From positions 434,001-498,000 of the forward strand of contig NC_073415.1 in NCBI RefSeq assembly GCF_028641065.1: a DNA stretch of 64,000 nucleotides. The letters run 5' to 3'. Of the stretch, positions 27,001-42,000 are shown piece by piece. The DNA comes from Leucoraja erinacea (Eukaryota). The notes under the pieces are model-generated. The model searched no databases. It saw only the letters and a list, made by a program, of their open reading frames with translations, and was not told the origin of the DNA. Within the stretch, counting starts at the first letter, position 1. Each line of letters begins with the position of its first letter. A program made the translations under genes and the position numbers.

Positions 27001-30000
27001 ACAAATCCATTTTGAACATTCCTGCGTCAATTCCAGGTCCAGGTATTCTCTGGTCTCACAGGGCCGGGCATCTTCACCGGAACCTTCTATGACCTGCCTC
27101 CCGCTGTCGATATTCTCCTACATTTTGTCATCATCGGGACAGACGTACAGAGAGCCGTGTCCCGCTTTGTGGAATGTCTCCGCAATGATGTGATTAGGAC
27201 AATCAAACAGCAACATCACCTCGTCTTCAGGTAACTCCCAGAAACGGGAATGGGATTGGGAATGTTGTGCAGTACGCACCTTGGACCAATGGTCTATTAT
27301 TATCACAGGTACAGAAGTGCAAGGACATTATTTTTTTCAGTAATACAGTTTAGTAAAGTATTGCCGTACATAAGCACAAAACCCGATTAGTACAACGAAA
27401 TAGTCCACAGAAACAGCATGCAAGACTCGCCATAGTTTAGAGATACAGCGCGGAAACAGGCCCTTCGGCCCACCGGGTCCGTGCCCACCAGCGATCCCCG
27501 CACACGAACACTATCCTACACCCACTAGGGAAAATGTTTACACTAATGCCGAGCCAATTAACCTACAAACCTGTCCATCTTTGGAGTGTGGGAGGAAACC
27601 GAAGATCTCAGAGAAAACCCCTGGGTAGAACGTATTAACTATTTACCGACAGCACCCGTAGTCAGGATCGAACCCTGGTCTCTGGCGCTGCATGGCAGCA
27701 ACTCTCCCGCTGCGCCACCGTGACTGCCTCATCAGTGACTGACTGGCACGGGGGCGCAGCGGTAGAGTTGCCGCCTCACAGCGCCAGAGACCCAGGTTCC
27801 ATCCTGACTACGGGTGCTGTCTGTACAGAGTTTGTACCTTCTCCCCGTGATCTCCAGATTCCTCCCAAACTCCGAAGACGTACAGGTTTGCAGGTTAATT
27901 GGCTTGGTATGAATGTAAAATGGTTCTTAGTGTGTGTGTGTAGGGTAGTGTTAGCGTGTGGGGATCGCTGGCCGGTGTCGACTGGATGGGCTGAATGGCC
28001 TGTTTCTGCGTTGTATCTCTAAACTAAACTAAACATGGATATGCAGAGAAATGATTATGTGCAGTCAAATAAGAGTTTGTCCTGGCGTTGTGTTCCACAT
28101 TGAACCAATTGCCCCAAGTGTGTAGAATCTGTGGGGTTAGGATGGGATTCTGTGGAGAATACAAATGGGTTTGAAGTGGCGTCGGTGAGAGTGGGTGGTT
28201 GATGAGAGTGCGGGTTGTTTTGCTTCAGGACCTGTTTCTGTGCTTTGTGACTCCCGGTCTCTATCAGTTGTATCCAGAATATTTCCCCCCCCACACCCAC
28301 CCTCCCATTCCCACACTGTCCTGGGCCTCCTCCACTCTCTGTGTGAGGCTCAAAGCAAATTGGAGGAACAGCACCTCATATGTTGCTTGGGCATATGTTA
28401 CACCCCAGCGGTATGAACATTGAAGTCTCTAACTTCAAGTGACCCTTGCTTTCCCTCTCTCCATCCCTCCCCCATCCCAGGTAGACAAAAGTGCTGGAGA
28501 AACTCAGTGGGTGCAGCAGCATCGATGGAGCGAAGGAAATAGGCAACGTTTGTATCTCTAAACTAAACTAAACATGGATATGCAGAGAAGTGAGGGACAC
28601 GGATTATGTGCAGACAAATAAGAGTTTGTCCTGGCATTGTGTTCCACATTGAACCAATTGCCCCAACTTTGCCTATTTCCTTTGCTCCATCGATGCTGCT
28701 GCACCCGCTGAGTTCCTCCAGCACTTTTGTCTACCTTCGATTTTCCAGCATCTGCAGTTCCTTCTTAAACCCTCTCCCATCCCAGTTCTCCAACACGTTT
28801 GACTGTCCTCCTAATTAAATTTTACCTCTTTATGCTTCATTGTTAACTTCCCCTAGCGAACAATGATTTATTCGACATTTTCCTTTATATTTGTTCCCTT
28901 AGATCTCTCGTTTTCACACCTTACCCTTCATTATCTCTGTGCCTCCCTCTCCCCTGACTGTCAGTCTGAAGAAGGGTCTCGACCCGAAACGTCACCCATT
29001 CCTTCTCCCCGGAGATGCTGCCTGTCCCGCTGAGTTACTCCAGCATTTTGTGTCTATCTTTGGTGTAAACCAGCCTCTGCAGTTCCTTCCTACACATTTT
29101 CCAACCCTGACCCTGGAACCTGATCTGTCTAAAACTAATGCCGAGAAGAATGAGGAGAATTGTTATCGCTGTGAGAGAGAACTAAATAGCGTCTATGGTT
29201 CACGTCTACGCCTGAATCACTAACGTGCCCTCTGGTCCGATCCTCTACTGTTTCAGGTTGGTTATCCCCCTGGACCAAAATGGACAAAAGAAAGTGTTCT
29301 CCAAGGTGAGTATCTCGCTGTCAGTTCTGTTTGTGAATGAAGAGTTGATGATGAAGAACACAATTCCTTTCTTGTTTAGTTTAGTTTAGAGATACAGCGT
29401 GGAAACAGGCCCTTCGGCCCACTGAGTCCGTGCCGACCAGGCATCCCCGCACATTCACGGTGGCGCAGCGGTAGAGTTGCTGCCTTACAGCGGAATGCAG
29501 CGCCGGAGACCCGGGTTCGATCCCGACTACGGGCGCTGTCTGTACGGAGTTTGTACGATCTCCCCGTGACCTGCGTGGGTTTTCTCCGGGATCTCATAAC
29601 AAGAGGATTTCAGTGTAGGAGTAGACAGGTTCTTCTGCAGTTGTATAGGGCTCTGGTGAGACCACATCTGGAGTATTGTGTCCAGTTTTGGTCTCCTAAT
29701 TTGAGGAAGGACATCCTTGTGATTGAGGCAGTGCAGCGTAGGTTCACAAGATTGATCCCTGGGATGGCGGGACTGTCATGTAAGGAAAGATTGAAAAGAC
29801 TAGGCTTGTATTCACTGGGGTTTAGAAGGATGAGGGGGGTTCTTATAGAAACATATACCATATAACCATATAACAATTACAGCGCGGAAAGGCCATCTCG
29901 GCCCTTCTAGTCCGTGCCGAACACGTATTCTCCCCTAGTCCCATTTACCTGCGCTCAGACCATAACCCTCCATACCTTTCCCGTCCATATACCTATCCAA

Positions 30001-33000
30001 TTTATTTTTAAATGATAAAAACGAACCTGCCTCCACCACCTTCACTGGAAGCTCATTCCACACAGCCACCACTCTCTGAGTAAAGAAGTTCCCCCTCATG
30101 TTACCCCTAAACTTCTGTCCCTTAATTCTCAAGTCATGTCCCCTTGTTTGAATCTTCCCTACTCTCAATTATAAATTACAATTATAAAAGGACTGGACAA
30201 GCTAGATGCAGGAAAAATGTTCCCAATGTTGGGCGAGTCCAGAACCAGGGGCCACGGTCTTAGAATAAAGGGGAGATCATTTAAGACTGAGGTGAGGAAA
30301 AAAACGTTTTTACCCAGAGAGTTGTGAATTTGTGGAATTCCCTGCCACAGAGGGCAGTGGAGGCCAAGTCACTGGATGGATTTAAGAGAGAGTTAGATAG
30401 AGCTCTAGGGGACTAGTGGAGTCAAGGGATATGGGGAGAAGGCAGGCATGGGTTATTGATTGGGGACGATCAGCCATGATCACAATGAATGGCGATGCTG
30501 GCTTGAAGGGCCGAATGGCCTCCTCCTGCGCCTATTTTCTATGCTTCTCGATGTTCCCATCTCCGGTTTCCTCCCACATTCCAAACACGTACAGCTTTGT
30601 AGGTTAAATGGCCTGGCAAATGTAACAATAGTCCAGCTTCCAGTATAGTCCCTGGTGGACACTTCAAAAGTGATACCCACAAGGTACAAGGTGGAGTGTG
30701 GGAGGAAACCAGAGCACCCGGAGAAAACCCATACGGTCACGGGGTGAATGTGCAAACTCCGTACAGACAGCACCCGTAGTCAGGATGGAACCCGGGTTTC
30801 TGGCGCTGTGAGGCAGCAACTCTACCGCTGCGCCACCGTGCCGCCCCTATTACTTTGAGTGATGTGGACGTTACTGCAGGTCCAGCATTTCCTGCCCACC
30901 AGTGACTGGCCTTTGAGTAGGTGGTCTGAGTGGACCTCTTGGGCCACCACAACGTGGTGAAGATTCTCCCAAGTGATGTGAGATCGACGGTCGCTGGTCT
31001 TGAATGTGCGATGAAGGAAACTCCTCAGGAGGTAGACTTGACTACAAAAATCTCAAGTCTGAACCCAAAAGATGATATGATTGTAGAGCATGGAAACAGG
31101 CCATTTGGCCCAACTTGTCCATGCCCCACCAAAGCTAGTCTATTCCCATTTGCCCACATTTGGCCCATGTCCCTCAACACCTTTCCCATCCATGCGCCTG
31201 TCCAAATGTCATTCAAATTTTAAGCAACACACACAAAGTGCTGGAGTAACTCAGCGGGTCAGGCAGCATCTCTGGAGAAAATCGATGGGTGATATTTCGG
31301 GTTGGGACCATTCTCTAGTAGCAGTCTGAAGAAGGGTCCAGACCTGAAACGTCACCCATCCTTTTTCTCCAGAGATGCTGCCTGACCCGCTGAGTTGCCT
31401 GGTGCTGGCTCAAAGGGCCGAATGGCCTACTCCTGTACCGATTTTCTATGTTGCATGTTGCATGTTCTATAATGGTATGCATGATCAATAGACAATAGAC
31501 AATAGGTGCAGGAGTAGGCCATTCGGCCCTTCAAGCCAGCACCGCCATTCACTGTGATCATGGCTGATCACCCCCAATCCGTACCCCGTTCCTGCTTATC
31601 CCGTATTCTAAAACTGTGGCCCCTGGTTCTGGACTCCCCCAACATCGGGAACATTTCCTACCTCTAGTGTGTCCAATCCCTTAATGTTCTTATATGTTTC
31701 GATAAGATATCCTCTCATTCTTCTAAACTCCAGTGTATACAAACCCAGCCGCTGCATTCTGTCAACATATGACAATATGACACATATGATCCTGTTGCAT
31801 GTTGCATGTTCAGTGTTCTATGACGGTGTGCGTGATCCTGTGCTGTGCTGCACTGTTCCATGTTCCATTTTGCATGTTGCATGTTCTATGATGGTATGCA
31901 TGATCCTGTTCTATTGCATGTTCTATGTTGCATGTTCATTGTTCTATGTCGGTATGCATGTTCCTGTGCTGTGTTGTACTGTTGCATGTTCAATGTTCTA
32001 TGATGGTATGAATGATCCTGTGCTGTGCAGTGTTGCATGTTGCATGTTCTTTGACAGTATGCATGATCCTGTGGTGCATTGTTGCATGTTACATGTTTTA
32101 TGACCGTATGAATGATCCTGTGCTGTGCAGTGTTGCATGTTGCATGTTCTTTGACAGTATGCATGATCCTGTGGTGCATTGTTGCATGTTACATGTTCTT
32201 TGACAGTATGCATGATCCTGTGGTGCATTGTTGCATGTTGCATGTTTTATGACAGTATGCATGATCCTGTGGTGCATTGTTGCATGTTGCATGTTGCATG
32301 TTGCATGTTCTATGGCAGTATGCATGATCCTGTGGTGCATTGTTGCATGTTGTATCAGGGTGCTGTGTTGTCACTGATTGCTCTGTTGGCCCTGTGTCTC
32401 TAGGAGGAGGTGATGGGCAAGGCGGATGCTCTCCACTCCTGTGTCCCAGCCGCCCTGTTGGTGAGGCAGCCCGTCCGTCTGGAGTGCCTGTGGCGACTGA
32501 ACGCCAAGGGGGAGGATTTTGCCCGGGGAGCGAAGTTGTACGGCCTGACCATCGTCCAGCCCTCTGAGGGTGGTGCGGATGAGAGGTACGAGTGCTGGCA
32601 TCCCATGCCCACACTGGCGTAACCCAGGCCAACCTGTGAGGTTTAGTCCAGCCCAACACATGATCGTGGCCATGTTGCTACATAGACACTGGATAGACAC
32701 AAAGAGATGGAGTAGCTCAGCATCCCTGAGAAAAGGAATAGGTGACGTTTCGGGTCGAGATCCTTCTCCAGACTGGGGTGAAGAGTCTGAACAAGGGTCT
32801 CGGCCTGAAACGTCACCCATTCCTTCTCTCCAGAGATGCTGCCTGTCCCGCTGAGTTACTCCAGCACTTTGTGTCTATCTTCGGTGTAAACCAGCATCTG
32901 CAGTTCTTCCCTACACATGAGAGTGGCTTCACAGTGGTGCAGCAGGTAGAGTTGCTGCCTCAAATCGCTTGAGACCCGGGTTCGATCCCGACTACGGGCG

Positions 33001-36000
33001 CTGTCTGTACGGAGTTTGTACGTTCTCCCCGTGACCGCGTGGATTTTCTCAGAGATCTTCGGTTTCCTCCCACACTCCAAAGACGTGCAGGTTTGCAGGT
33101 TAATTGGCTTTGGTGTATGTGTAAATTGTCATGTGTCCCAGATGGGAAAATGAAATTCTTCCTTTGCTTCAGCACAACAGAATATTGTAGGCATAAATAC
33201 AGAACAGATCAGTGTGTCCATATACCATAGACTATATATTATATATACACACATAATTAAACAGATAAAGTGCAATAGGCTGTTATAGTTGAGAGTTTGT
33301 TGAAGTTGTGTTTAATAGCCTGATGGCTGTGGGGAAGTAGCTATTCCTGAACCTAGATGTTGCAGATTTCAGGCTCCTGTACCTTCTACCTGATGGTAGC
33401 AGGGAGATGAGTGTGTGGCCAGGATGGTGTGGGTCCTTGATGATGCTGGCAGCCTTTTTGAGGCAGTGACTGCGATAAATCCCCTCGATGGAAGGGAGGT
33501 CAGAGCCCATGATGGACTGGGCAGTGGTCACAACTTTCTGCAGCTTTTTCCGCTCCTGGGCGCTCAAGTTGCCGAACCAAGCCACGATGCAACCGGTCAG
33601 CATGCTCTCTACTGTGCACCTGTAGAAGTTAGAGAGAGTCCTCCTTGACAAACCGACTCTCCGTAATCTTCTAGGGAAGTAGAGGCGCTGATGAGCTTTC
33701 TTTATAATTGCATTAGTGTTCTCAGATCAGGAAAGATCTTCAGAGATGTGCACGCCCAGGAATTTGAAGTTCTTGACCCTTTCCACCATCGACCCGTTGA
33801 TATAAACGGGACTGTGGGTCCCCCTCCTACCCCTTCCAAAGTCCACAATCAGTTCCTGGTTTTGCTGGTGTTGAGGGCCAGGTTATTGTGCTGGCACCAT
33901 TTGGTCAGTCGGTCGATCTCCTTCTATACTCTGACTCGTCCCCATCAGTGATACGTCCCACAACAGTGGTGTCGTCAGCGAACTTGATGATAGAGTTCGC
34001 TCTGTGACCGGCTATGCAGTCATGAGTATAGAGTGAGTACAGCAGGGGGCTGAGCACGCAGCCTTGAGGTGCTCCCGTGCTGATTGTTATTGAGGATGAC
34101 ACATTTCCAGCAATACGAACAGACTGTGGTCTGTGAATGAGGAAGTCGAGGATCCAATTGCAGAGGGATGCGCAGAGACCCAGTTCTGAGAGCTTGGTAA
34201 CCAGTTTGGAGGGGATGATGGAGTTAAATGCCGAGCTGTAATCAATGAATAACAGCCTGACATATGAGTTTTTGTTGTCCAAGTGGTCCAGTGCGGAGTG
34301 GAGGGCCAGCGAGATCGCATCCACCGTTGATCTGTTGTGGCGGTACGCGAACTGCAGTGGGTCCAGGTTTTTGTCGCGGTTGGAGTTGATTTGCGCCATG
34401 ATCAACCTCTCAAAGCACTTCATCACCACCGGCGTTAGTGCCACTGGTCGATAGTCATTGAGGCACGTCACCTTACTCTTCTTGGGCACTGGTATAATTG
34501 ATGCCCTTTTAAAGCAGGTGGGGACCTCAGACCTCAGAAGTGAGAGGTTGAAAATGTCCGTAAAAACTCCCGCCAGTTGGTCCGCACAGGTTGTGTAGTG
34601 TGTGTAGGATGGTGTTGTTGTGTGGAGATCGCTAGTCGGTGCAGACCTGTGGTGGGATGAAGTGTCTGTTTCCGCGCTGTATCTCAATCCCAGACCCTCA
34701 ATGCGGCAAATACAAGTCAGTAGAATGATTCCACCCATAAACGTCACCTATCCATGTTCTCCAGAGATGCTGCCTGACCTGCTGAAATACTCCAGCACTC
34801 TGTGTCCTTTAGATGGGTTACAAGCACATCCTAACTCAGCATCTCNNNNNNNNNNNNNNNNNNNNNNNNNNNNNNNNNNNNNNNNNNNNNNNNNNNNNNN
34901 NNNNNNNNNNNNNNNNNNNNNNNNNNNNNNNNNNNNNNNNNNNNNNNNNNNNNNNNNNNNNNNNNNNNNNNNNNNNNNNNNNNNNNNNNNNNNNNNNNNN
35001 NNNNNNNNNNNNNNNNNNNNNNNNNNNNNNNNNNNNNNNNNNNNNNNNNNNNNNNNNNNNNNNNNNNNNNNNNNNNNNNNNNNNNNNNNNNNNNNNNNNN
35101 NNNNNNNNNNNNNNNNNNNNNNNNNNNNNNNNNNNNNNNNNNNNNNNNNNNNNNNNNNNNNNNNNNNNNNNNNNNNNNNNNNNNNNNNNNNNTCATTCTC
35201 CCCTCTCCCTCCCCCTCCCCCTCCCCCTCCCCCTCCCCCCCCCTCCCCCCCCCCCTCCCTCTCCCCTCCCCCCTCCTCCCCCCCCCCTCTCCCCTCCCCC
35301 CCCCCTCCCTCCCCCTCTCCCCCCTCCCTCCTCCTCCTCTCCTCTCCCCCTCTCTTTTCCTTCTCCCCCTCTCTCCCCCTCTCTTCCCCCTCCCCCTCCC
35401 CCCCCCCCTCTCTCCCCCCCCTCTCCCCCCCCTCTCCCTCCCCTCTCCCCCCCCCCCCCCCCTCCCCCCCTCCCCCCCCCTCTCCCCCCCCCTCTCCCCC
35501 CCCCCCCCCCTCCCCCTCTCTCCCTCCCCCCTCTCCTCCCCCTCTCTCCCCCCCCNNNNNNNNNNNNNNNNNNNNNNNNNNNNNNNNNNNNNNNNNNNNN
35601 NNNNNNNNNNNNNNNNNNNNNNNNNNNNNNNNNNNNNNNNNNNNNNNNNNNNNNNNNNNNNNNNNNNNNNNNNNNNNNNNNNNNNNNNNNNNNNNNNNNN
35701 NNNNNNNNNNNNNNNNNNNNNNNNNNNNNNNNNNNNNNNNNNNNNNNNNNNNNNNCTCTGAGCTTCCACTGATCCACGTGTATTCCAGTGTTTTCCTGCA
35801 GCAGAGCCACGCGGAAGCCTACTGTGGGATTTTCATTCCCAGGGAGGAAGCGATGGACAAGGATGTGCAGCATCGTCGGAGCAAGGCCACTCACAGCGGT
35901 GGGTCTCAAACCCTTCACTGCATCCTCCATTCATACATGTGTGAGACTGAGTGAGGCTGACTTCCCCCCAATCTTTACACATCCACTATCCTTTCCGCTC

Positions 36001-39000
36001 TTCACTTTAATTTCACATTTCATGTATTTTGTGGTTTTGTGTTTTATGATCGATTTCCCTCCTGGGATAAATAAAATCGTATCAATATCGTGTGTCCCTC
36101 CAGGCCGTTCAGCCCGTCAGGTCTATGCCACCATTCAAACCTATCCCAGGTGGTGCAGTGGTAGAGTTGCTGCCTCACAGCGCCAGAGAGCTGGGTTCTT
36201 CAGTCTGAAGAAGGGTTTCGGCCTGAAACGTTGCCTATTTCCTTCGCTCAATAGATGCTGCTGCACCCGCTGAGTTTCTCCAGCATTTTTGTCTACCTTT
36301 CCAGCATCTGCAGTTCCTTCTTAAACACCCGGGTTCCATCCTGACTACGGAGTACTGTCTATGTGGAGTTTGCACGTTCTCCCCGTGACCTGCGTGGGTT
36401 TTCTCCGGGTGCTCCGGTTTCCCCCCCACATTCGAAAGACGTGCAGGTGCGCAGATTAATCAACGTCCGCCAAACAATAGTCGCTGGCGCGGTGGTTCTT
36501 AACCTGGGGGTCGAGACCCCCTGTAGGGGTCGTTTGGGGCTTTGCTGGGGGTCATGAAGGGGACACAAATAACATATCAATTTGTTGAGCCCATGTTTAG
36601 AAACCTAACAAAGGTACATTTTGCCACATACAGTGTTTTGTTCACGTATGGGCGTACTAGTGCCAAAAAGGTTAAGAACCACTGCCCTAGTGTGTAGGAT
36701 GGAGCTAGTGGACAAGGTGATTGCTGGTCGGCACGGACACCGTGTAAACAAATGTGCTCTGCACCTCCCTTTAATCTTTCCCCCTCACACCTTAAGGCTT
36801 GGGGGAAAAGGTTCTGACTGTCAACCCTACCCACACCTCTCATCATTTTATTAACTGCTATCAGGTCCACCTTCAACCTCCGATGATCCAGGGGAAACCA
36901 AGTCTGTCTTTCTCCTCTCCTTGTAGCCAAAGTAACTTTAATCCAGGGATCTTTCCTCTAACTTCAAGTAATTCTTGCATTCCCTCTCTCTCCATCTCTC
37001 CCCCACCCAAGTTGTTGTTCGTGTTGAGTCTCGTTGTCAGTAACTCATTTTCACCCAGCCCACAATGACCCGGTTCCATTATCATCCCTACTTTTGTGCA
37101 TATCTTTCATTCATTTGTTCCATATCTCTCTACATCAACTATGTCTATGTCTTTCGTTTCCCATTCCCCTGACTCTCAGTCTGAAGAAGGGTCTCAACGT
37201 GAAACGTCACCCATTCCTCCTCTCCAGAGATGCTGCCTGTCCCGCTGAGTTTTTACAGCTTTTTGTGTCTATCTTTCTGGTAAAACTCCTCTGAACCTTT
37301 TCTAAAGACAGAAAGTGATTTTTAGTTTAGTTTAGTTTGGGGGTGCAGCGTGGAAACAGGCCCTTCGGCCCATTGAGTCCGTGTTGACCAAGCGCACACC
37401 AGCGCTGTCCGACACACTAGAGATAGTTTACAATCCTTACCAAAGACAATTAACCTACAAACTTGTACGTCTTTACCATGTGGGAGGAGACCAGAGCACC
37501 CGGAGAAAACCCACGCAGGTCATGGGGAGAACGTACAAACTGTGTACAGACAGCACCCGTGGTCAGGATTGAACCCGGGACTCTGGCGCTGTGAGGCAGC
37601 AACTCTACCGCTGAGCCACCGTGCCACTCTAACTCTCTGCTCACTGTGTGTTGTATAGCTGGAGCTGGAGAGTGGCCCAGGAACTCTCGGGAACGAGTTT
37701 CGACTCCGTCCAAAGTGCCTCTCCACGGCTTTCAATACACGGCAGGGGGCAGGCACTGCCCGGACTCCAGCAGCATCTTGGAGCCCATCAAAGCCAGCAT
37801 GTTGCAAAGAATCGCCTCCATCCCATTGAACACCGGAGCGTTCGACATGACCTTCTACTCCATCCTCATCACCCTCATGGAGCTGGGAAACTCTGGGAAT
37901 CAGGAACACGGATCTCCGATGACGGACAAAGAGCTGCAACTGTTGGAGGTGAGAGAGGGTGGCCGTGGGCTAGGTGAAAATGAGTTACAGACAATGAGAC
38001 AGGATCATGCACACTTTAAGTCCCAGTTTGCCTGGAATTTGTATCTCACCTTTCTCAGTCTCAACCTTAACGGTGGCACAGCGGTAGAGTTGCTGCCTCA
38101 CAGCGCCAGACACCCGGGTTCCATCCTGGCCACAGTTTGTACGTTCTCCCCGTGACCTCGTGGGTTTTATCCGGGTGCTCCGGTTTCCTCCCACGCTCTG
38201 TACCTCTTGCCTAATGGGAGAATGGAGAAGAGGGAGTGACCGGGGTGAGACTGGTCCTAGATGGCTGTTGGGACCGCAGCTATTTACAATATACATCAAT
38301 GATTTGGATGAAGGGATTCAAAGTAACATTAGCAAATTTGCAGATGACACATAGCTGGGTGGCAGTGGGAACTGTGAGGAGGATGCTATGAGAATGCAGG
38401 GTGACTTGGACAGTTGGGGGAGTGGGCAGATGCATGGCAGATGAAGTTTAATGCGGGTAAATGTGAGGTTATCCACTTTGGTAGCAAAAACAGGAAGGCA
38501 GATTACTATCTAAATGGCATCAAGTTGGGAAAAGGGGAAGTACAACGGGATCTGGGGGTCCTTGTACATCAGTCCATGAAAGTAAGCATGCAGGTACAGC
38601 CGCCAGTGAAGAAAGTGAATGGCATGTTGGCCTTTATAACAAGAGGAATCAAATATAGGAGCAAAGAGGTCCTTCTGCAGTTGTACAGAGTATTGTGTGC
38701 AGTTTTCGTCCCCTAATTTGAGGAAGGACATTCTTGCTATTGAGGGAGTGCAGCGTAGGTTTACAAGGTTAATTCCTGGGATGGCGGGATTGTTATATGC
38801 TGAGAGAATGGAGCAGCTGGGCTTGTACACTCTGGAGTTTAGAAGGATGAGAGGCAATCTCATTGAAACATATAAGATTGTTAAGGGCTTGGACATGCTA
38901 GAGGCAGGAAACATGTTCCCGATGTTGGGGGAGTCCAGAACCAGGGGCCACAGTTTAAGAATAAGGAGTAAGTCATTTAGAACGGAGCCGAGGAACTTTT

Positions 39001-42000
39001 TCTCACAGAGAGTGGTGAGTGTGGAATTCTCTGCCTCAGAGGGTGGTGGAGGCCGGTTCTCTGGATGCTTTCAAGAGAGAGCTAGATAGGGCTCTTAAAA
39101 ATAGCGGAGTCAGGGGATATGAGGAGAAGGCAGGAACGGGGTACTGATTGGGGATGATCAGCCATGATCACATTGAATGGCGGTGCTGGCTTGAAGGGCC
39201 GAATGGCCTACTCCTGCACCTATTGTCTATTGTCTATTGTCAGCACGGACCCATTGGGCTGAAGGGCCTGTTTTGGCCCATATCCCTCCAAACCTGTCCT
39301 ATCCATGTTTCAATGTTTCTTAAATGTCATTCTGGTACCTGCCTCCTCTGGCAGCTCGTTCCGTACTCCCACCACCTTTTATGTAAATAAGTTACCCCTC
39401 AGATTCCTCTTAAATATTTTCCCCCGCATTTTCGACCTGGTTCTTGATCTACTCTGGGCAAGAGACTCTGTGCGTCTACCTGATCTATTCCTCTCATGAT
39501 TTTGTACACCTCTATAAGATTACCCCCCATCCTCCTGCGCTCCAAGGAATAGAGACCCAGCCTACTCAACCTCCTCCCATTTCTCAGGCCATCGAGTCTG
39601 GGCAACATCCTCCTAAATCTTCACTGAACCCTTTCAAGTAGAAGGGTTTGAACCAGGCCTGAACTACACATGTTTGCAGACTTCCCCACAGTCCCCCAAT
39701 GGGAACATCATCAATAATCTCATAAATTCCCATCTCCCTTTGCCCAAAACAAAGCAACAACAAAATATCCGGTATCTCACTGAATGGGTCAGTCAGCAGT
39801 GAATTGTAGACACAAGGAACTGCAGATGCTGGAATTTTGCATAGAGCACAAAGTGCTGGAGTAACTCAGCGAGTCAGTCAGCATCTATGGAGGGCACGGA
39901 TCAGGTGACCTTTCGGGTCAGGACCTTCTTCAGACTGGCAGTTTTTAGACTCCGTTCTGAAGAAGTGTCCCGACCCGAAATCAGGCCTGTCCATGTTCTC
40001 CAGAGGTGCTGCCTGACTGCTGAGTTACTCCAGCACTGTGTCTTGTTTTGTAAACCAGCATCTCCCTAACAGAAAAAGCAGGCGGCACGGTGGCACAGCG
40101 GTAGAGTTGGTGCCTCACAGTGCCAGAGACCCGGGTTCAATCCTGACTGCGGGTGCTGTTTGTACGGAGTTTGTACGCTTTACCCACGTGGGTTTTCTCC
40201 GCGATCTTCGCTTTCCTCCCACACTCCAAAGACGTGCAGGTTTGTAGGTTAAACGTTCTCCCCGTGACCTGCGTGGATTTTCTCCGGGTGCGTCTGTCCC
40301 CACCTACATTTCAAAGACATGTGGGTTTGTAGGTTAATTGGCTTCTATAAAGTTACTCCTAATGCGTGGGATAGAACTAGTGTATGGGTAAGGGTTGGTC
40401 GGTCGGTGATGGACTGAAGGGCCTGTTTCCACTGTATCTCTAAACAAAAACGAAATCTGCAGTTCCTTCCTAAATCTGTTCTACTGGAATAACATAGAAC
40501 TGGTCTGAATGACTGATCAATGGTCGGCGTGGACTCAGTGGGCTAAAGGGGTTGTTCCTATGTTGTACAACTAAACTTATACGTCACCTATCCATGTCCT
40601 CCAGAGATGCTGCCTGACCCGCTGAGTTACTCCAGCACTTTGTGTTCGGGGCTAGACAGCAGATTGCCTGGGCTGTTTCACATGGACCTTTCCTTATCCT
40701 CCAGGCCTTGATGCAACTTCACAGATTTCTCCACGGTTCCGCCTCTCAAATATGGAAGCTGCTCAGCCTAACCCAGACCATCTGCTCCTTGTTGGACTCT
40801 GAGGACACACAGGTACTGGCAAATCAAAGCTTAACTTTGGGGCGCAACGGTAGAGTTGCTGCCTTACAGAGCTTGCAGCCCTCCGGGTTCTGGAGCGCTA
40901 GTATGGGTGTTGAAGGGACTGGTTTCCAGAGCGCTAGTATGGATATTGTGGGCCGAATGGATTCTTGGGCTGGCGGCTCAGTCACTCAAGCCTGTTGTGC
41001 TGGCAGCTCACTCACGGCTGGTGGGCTGGCAGCTCACTCACTCACGGCTGGTGGGCTGGCAGTTGACTCACGGCTATTCCTTGAAATTCCATTTCAAGCA
41101 GGGTGCAGGGCCACTAAAGACAGTGAGTCGTGACCTCTCCCTCCTCCATCTTGAAGAGACTGAGCCACTCCCACACTTCTAGGTTTTATAGTCCCTACCC
41201 CCTCCCACCAGAAGGGGCGTAGCCTTCATGGCGTGATTGACAGGAGTGAGAATTTCAACATTTTTTAAACACTAATAACTTTTATTTTTCATCGATGGGA
41301 AAAATCCTCTTGTCCTGCACAGCGGAGGGGGACTCTGAGTAAGATGGCCAAAAATCACAGCCGCAACTGGCAGCGTTTTTCTAAAATCAATATACAGGTC
41401 AACAGGAAGTGGTCAAGANNNNNNNNNNNNNNNNNNNNNNNNNNNNNNNNNNNNNNNNNNNNNNNNNNNNNNNNNNNNNNNNNNNNNNNNNNNNNNNNNN
41501 NNNNNNNNNNNNNNNNNNNNNNNNNNNNNNNNNNNNNNNNNNNNNNNNNNNNNNNNNNNNNNNNNNNNNNNNNNNNNNNNNNNNNNNNNNNNNCTTTAAT
41601 GTTCTCCTTTACTATAATGTATACATATTGTGTTGTGCTGCTGCAAGTAAGAATTCCATTGTTCTGTTCGGGACATATGACACTCTTGATTCTTGACACT
41701 GTCCAAAAACATTGCTATTGGGAAAGGTAAAGACAGAGCAAGTTTGACCTCAGATTTAATGACCTTATGGGGCCTTCTGGATGACTGTCATTTTCCATTG
41801 CCACAGGTCAGCTGCAGAGAGGTCTACACCATCTTGGCCGAAAAATGCAGGAAGCTGATTTCTGACTTTCTGGATTCTGATTACCGCAAAGTCTCGTCTG
41901 ATTTTGTGACCCTCAGTAGACGTTGGAAGAGGGAGCTGGAGACTTCATTGTGTGTTTTGTTGGAAGGGCCGCACAGAAAACTTATCAACAACTTCAAAGT

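Noticed and set aside
27745-27815. tRNA genes
   Set aside because: The A/B-box sequences are V-SINE heads followed by SINE bodies, not complete cloverleaves.
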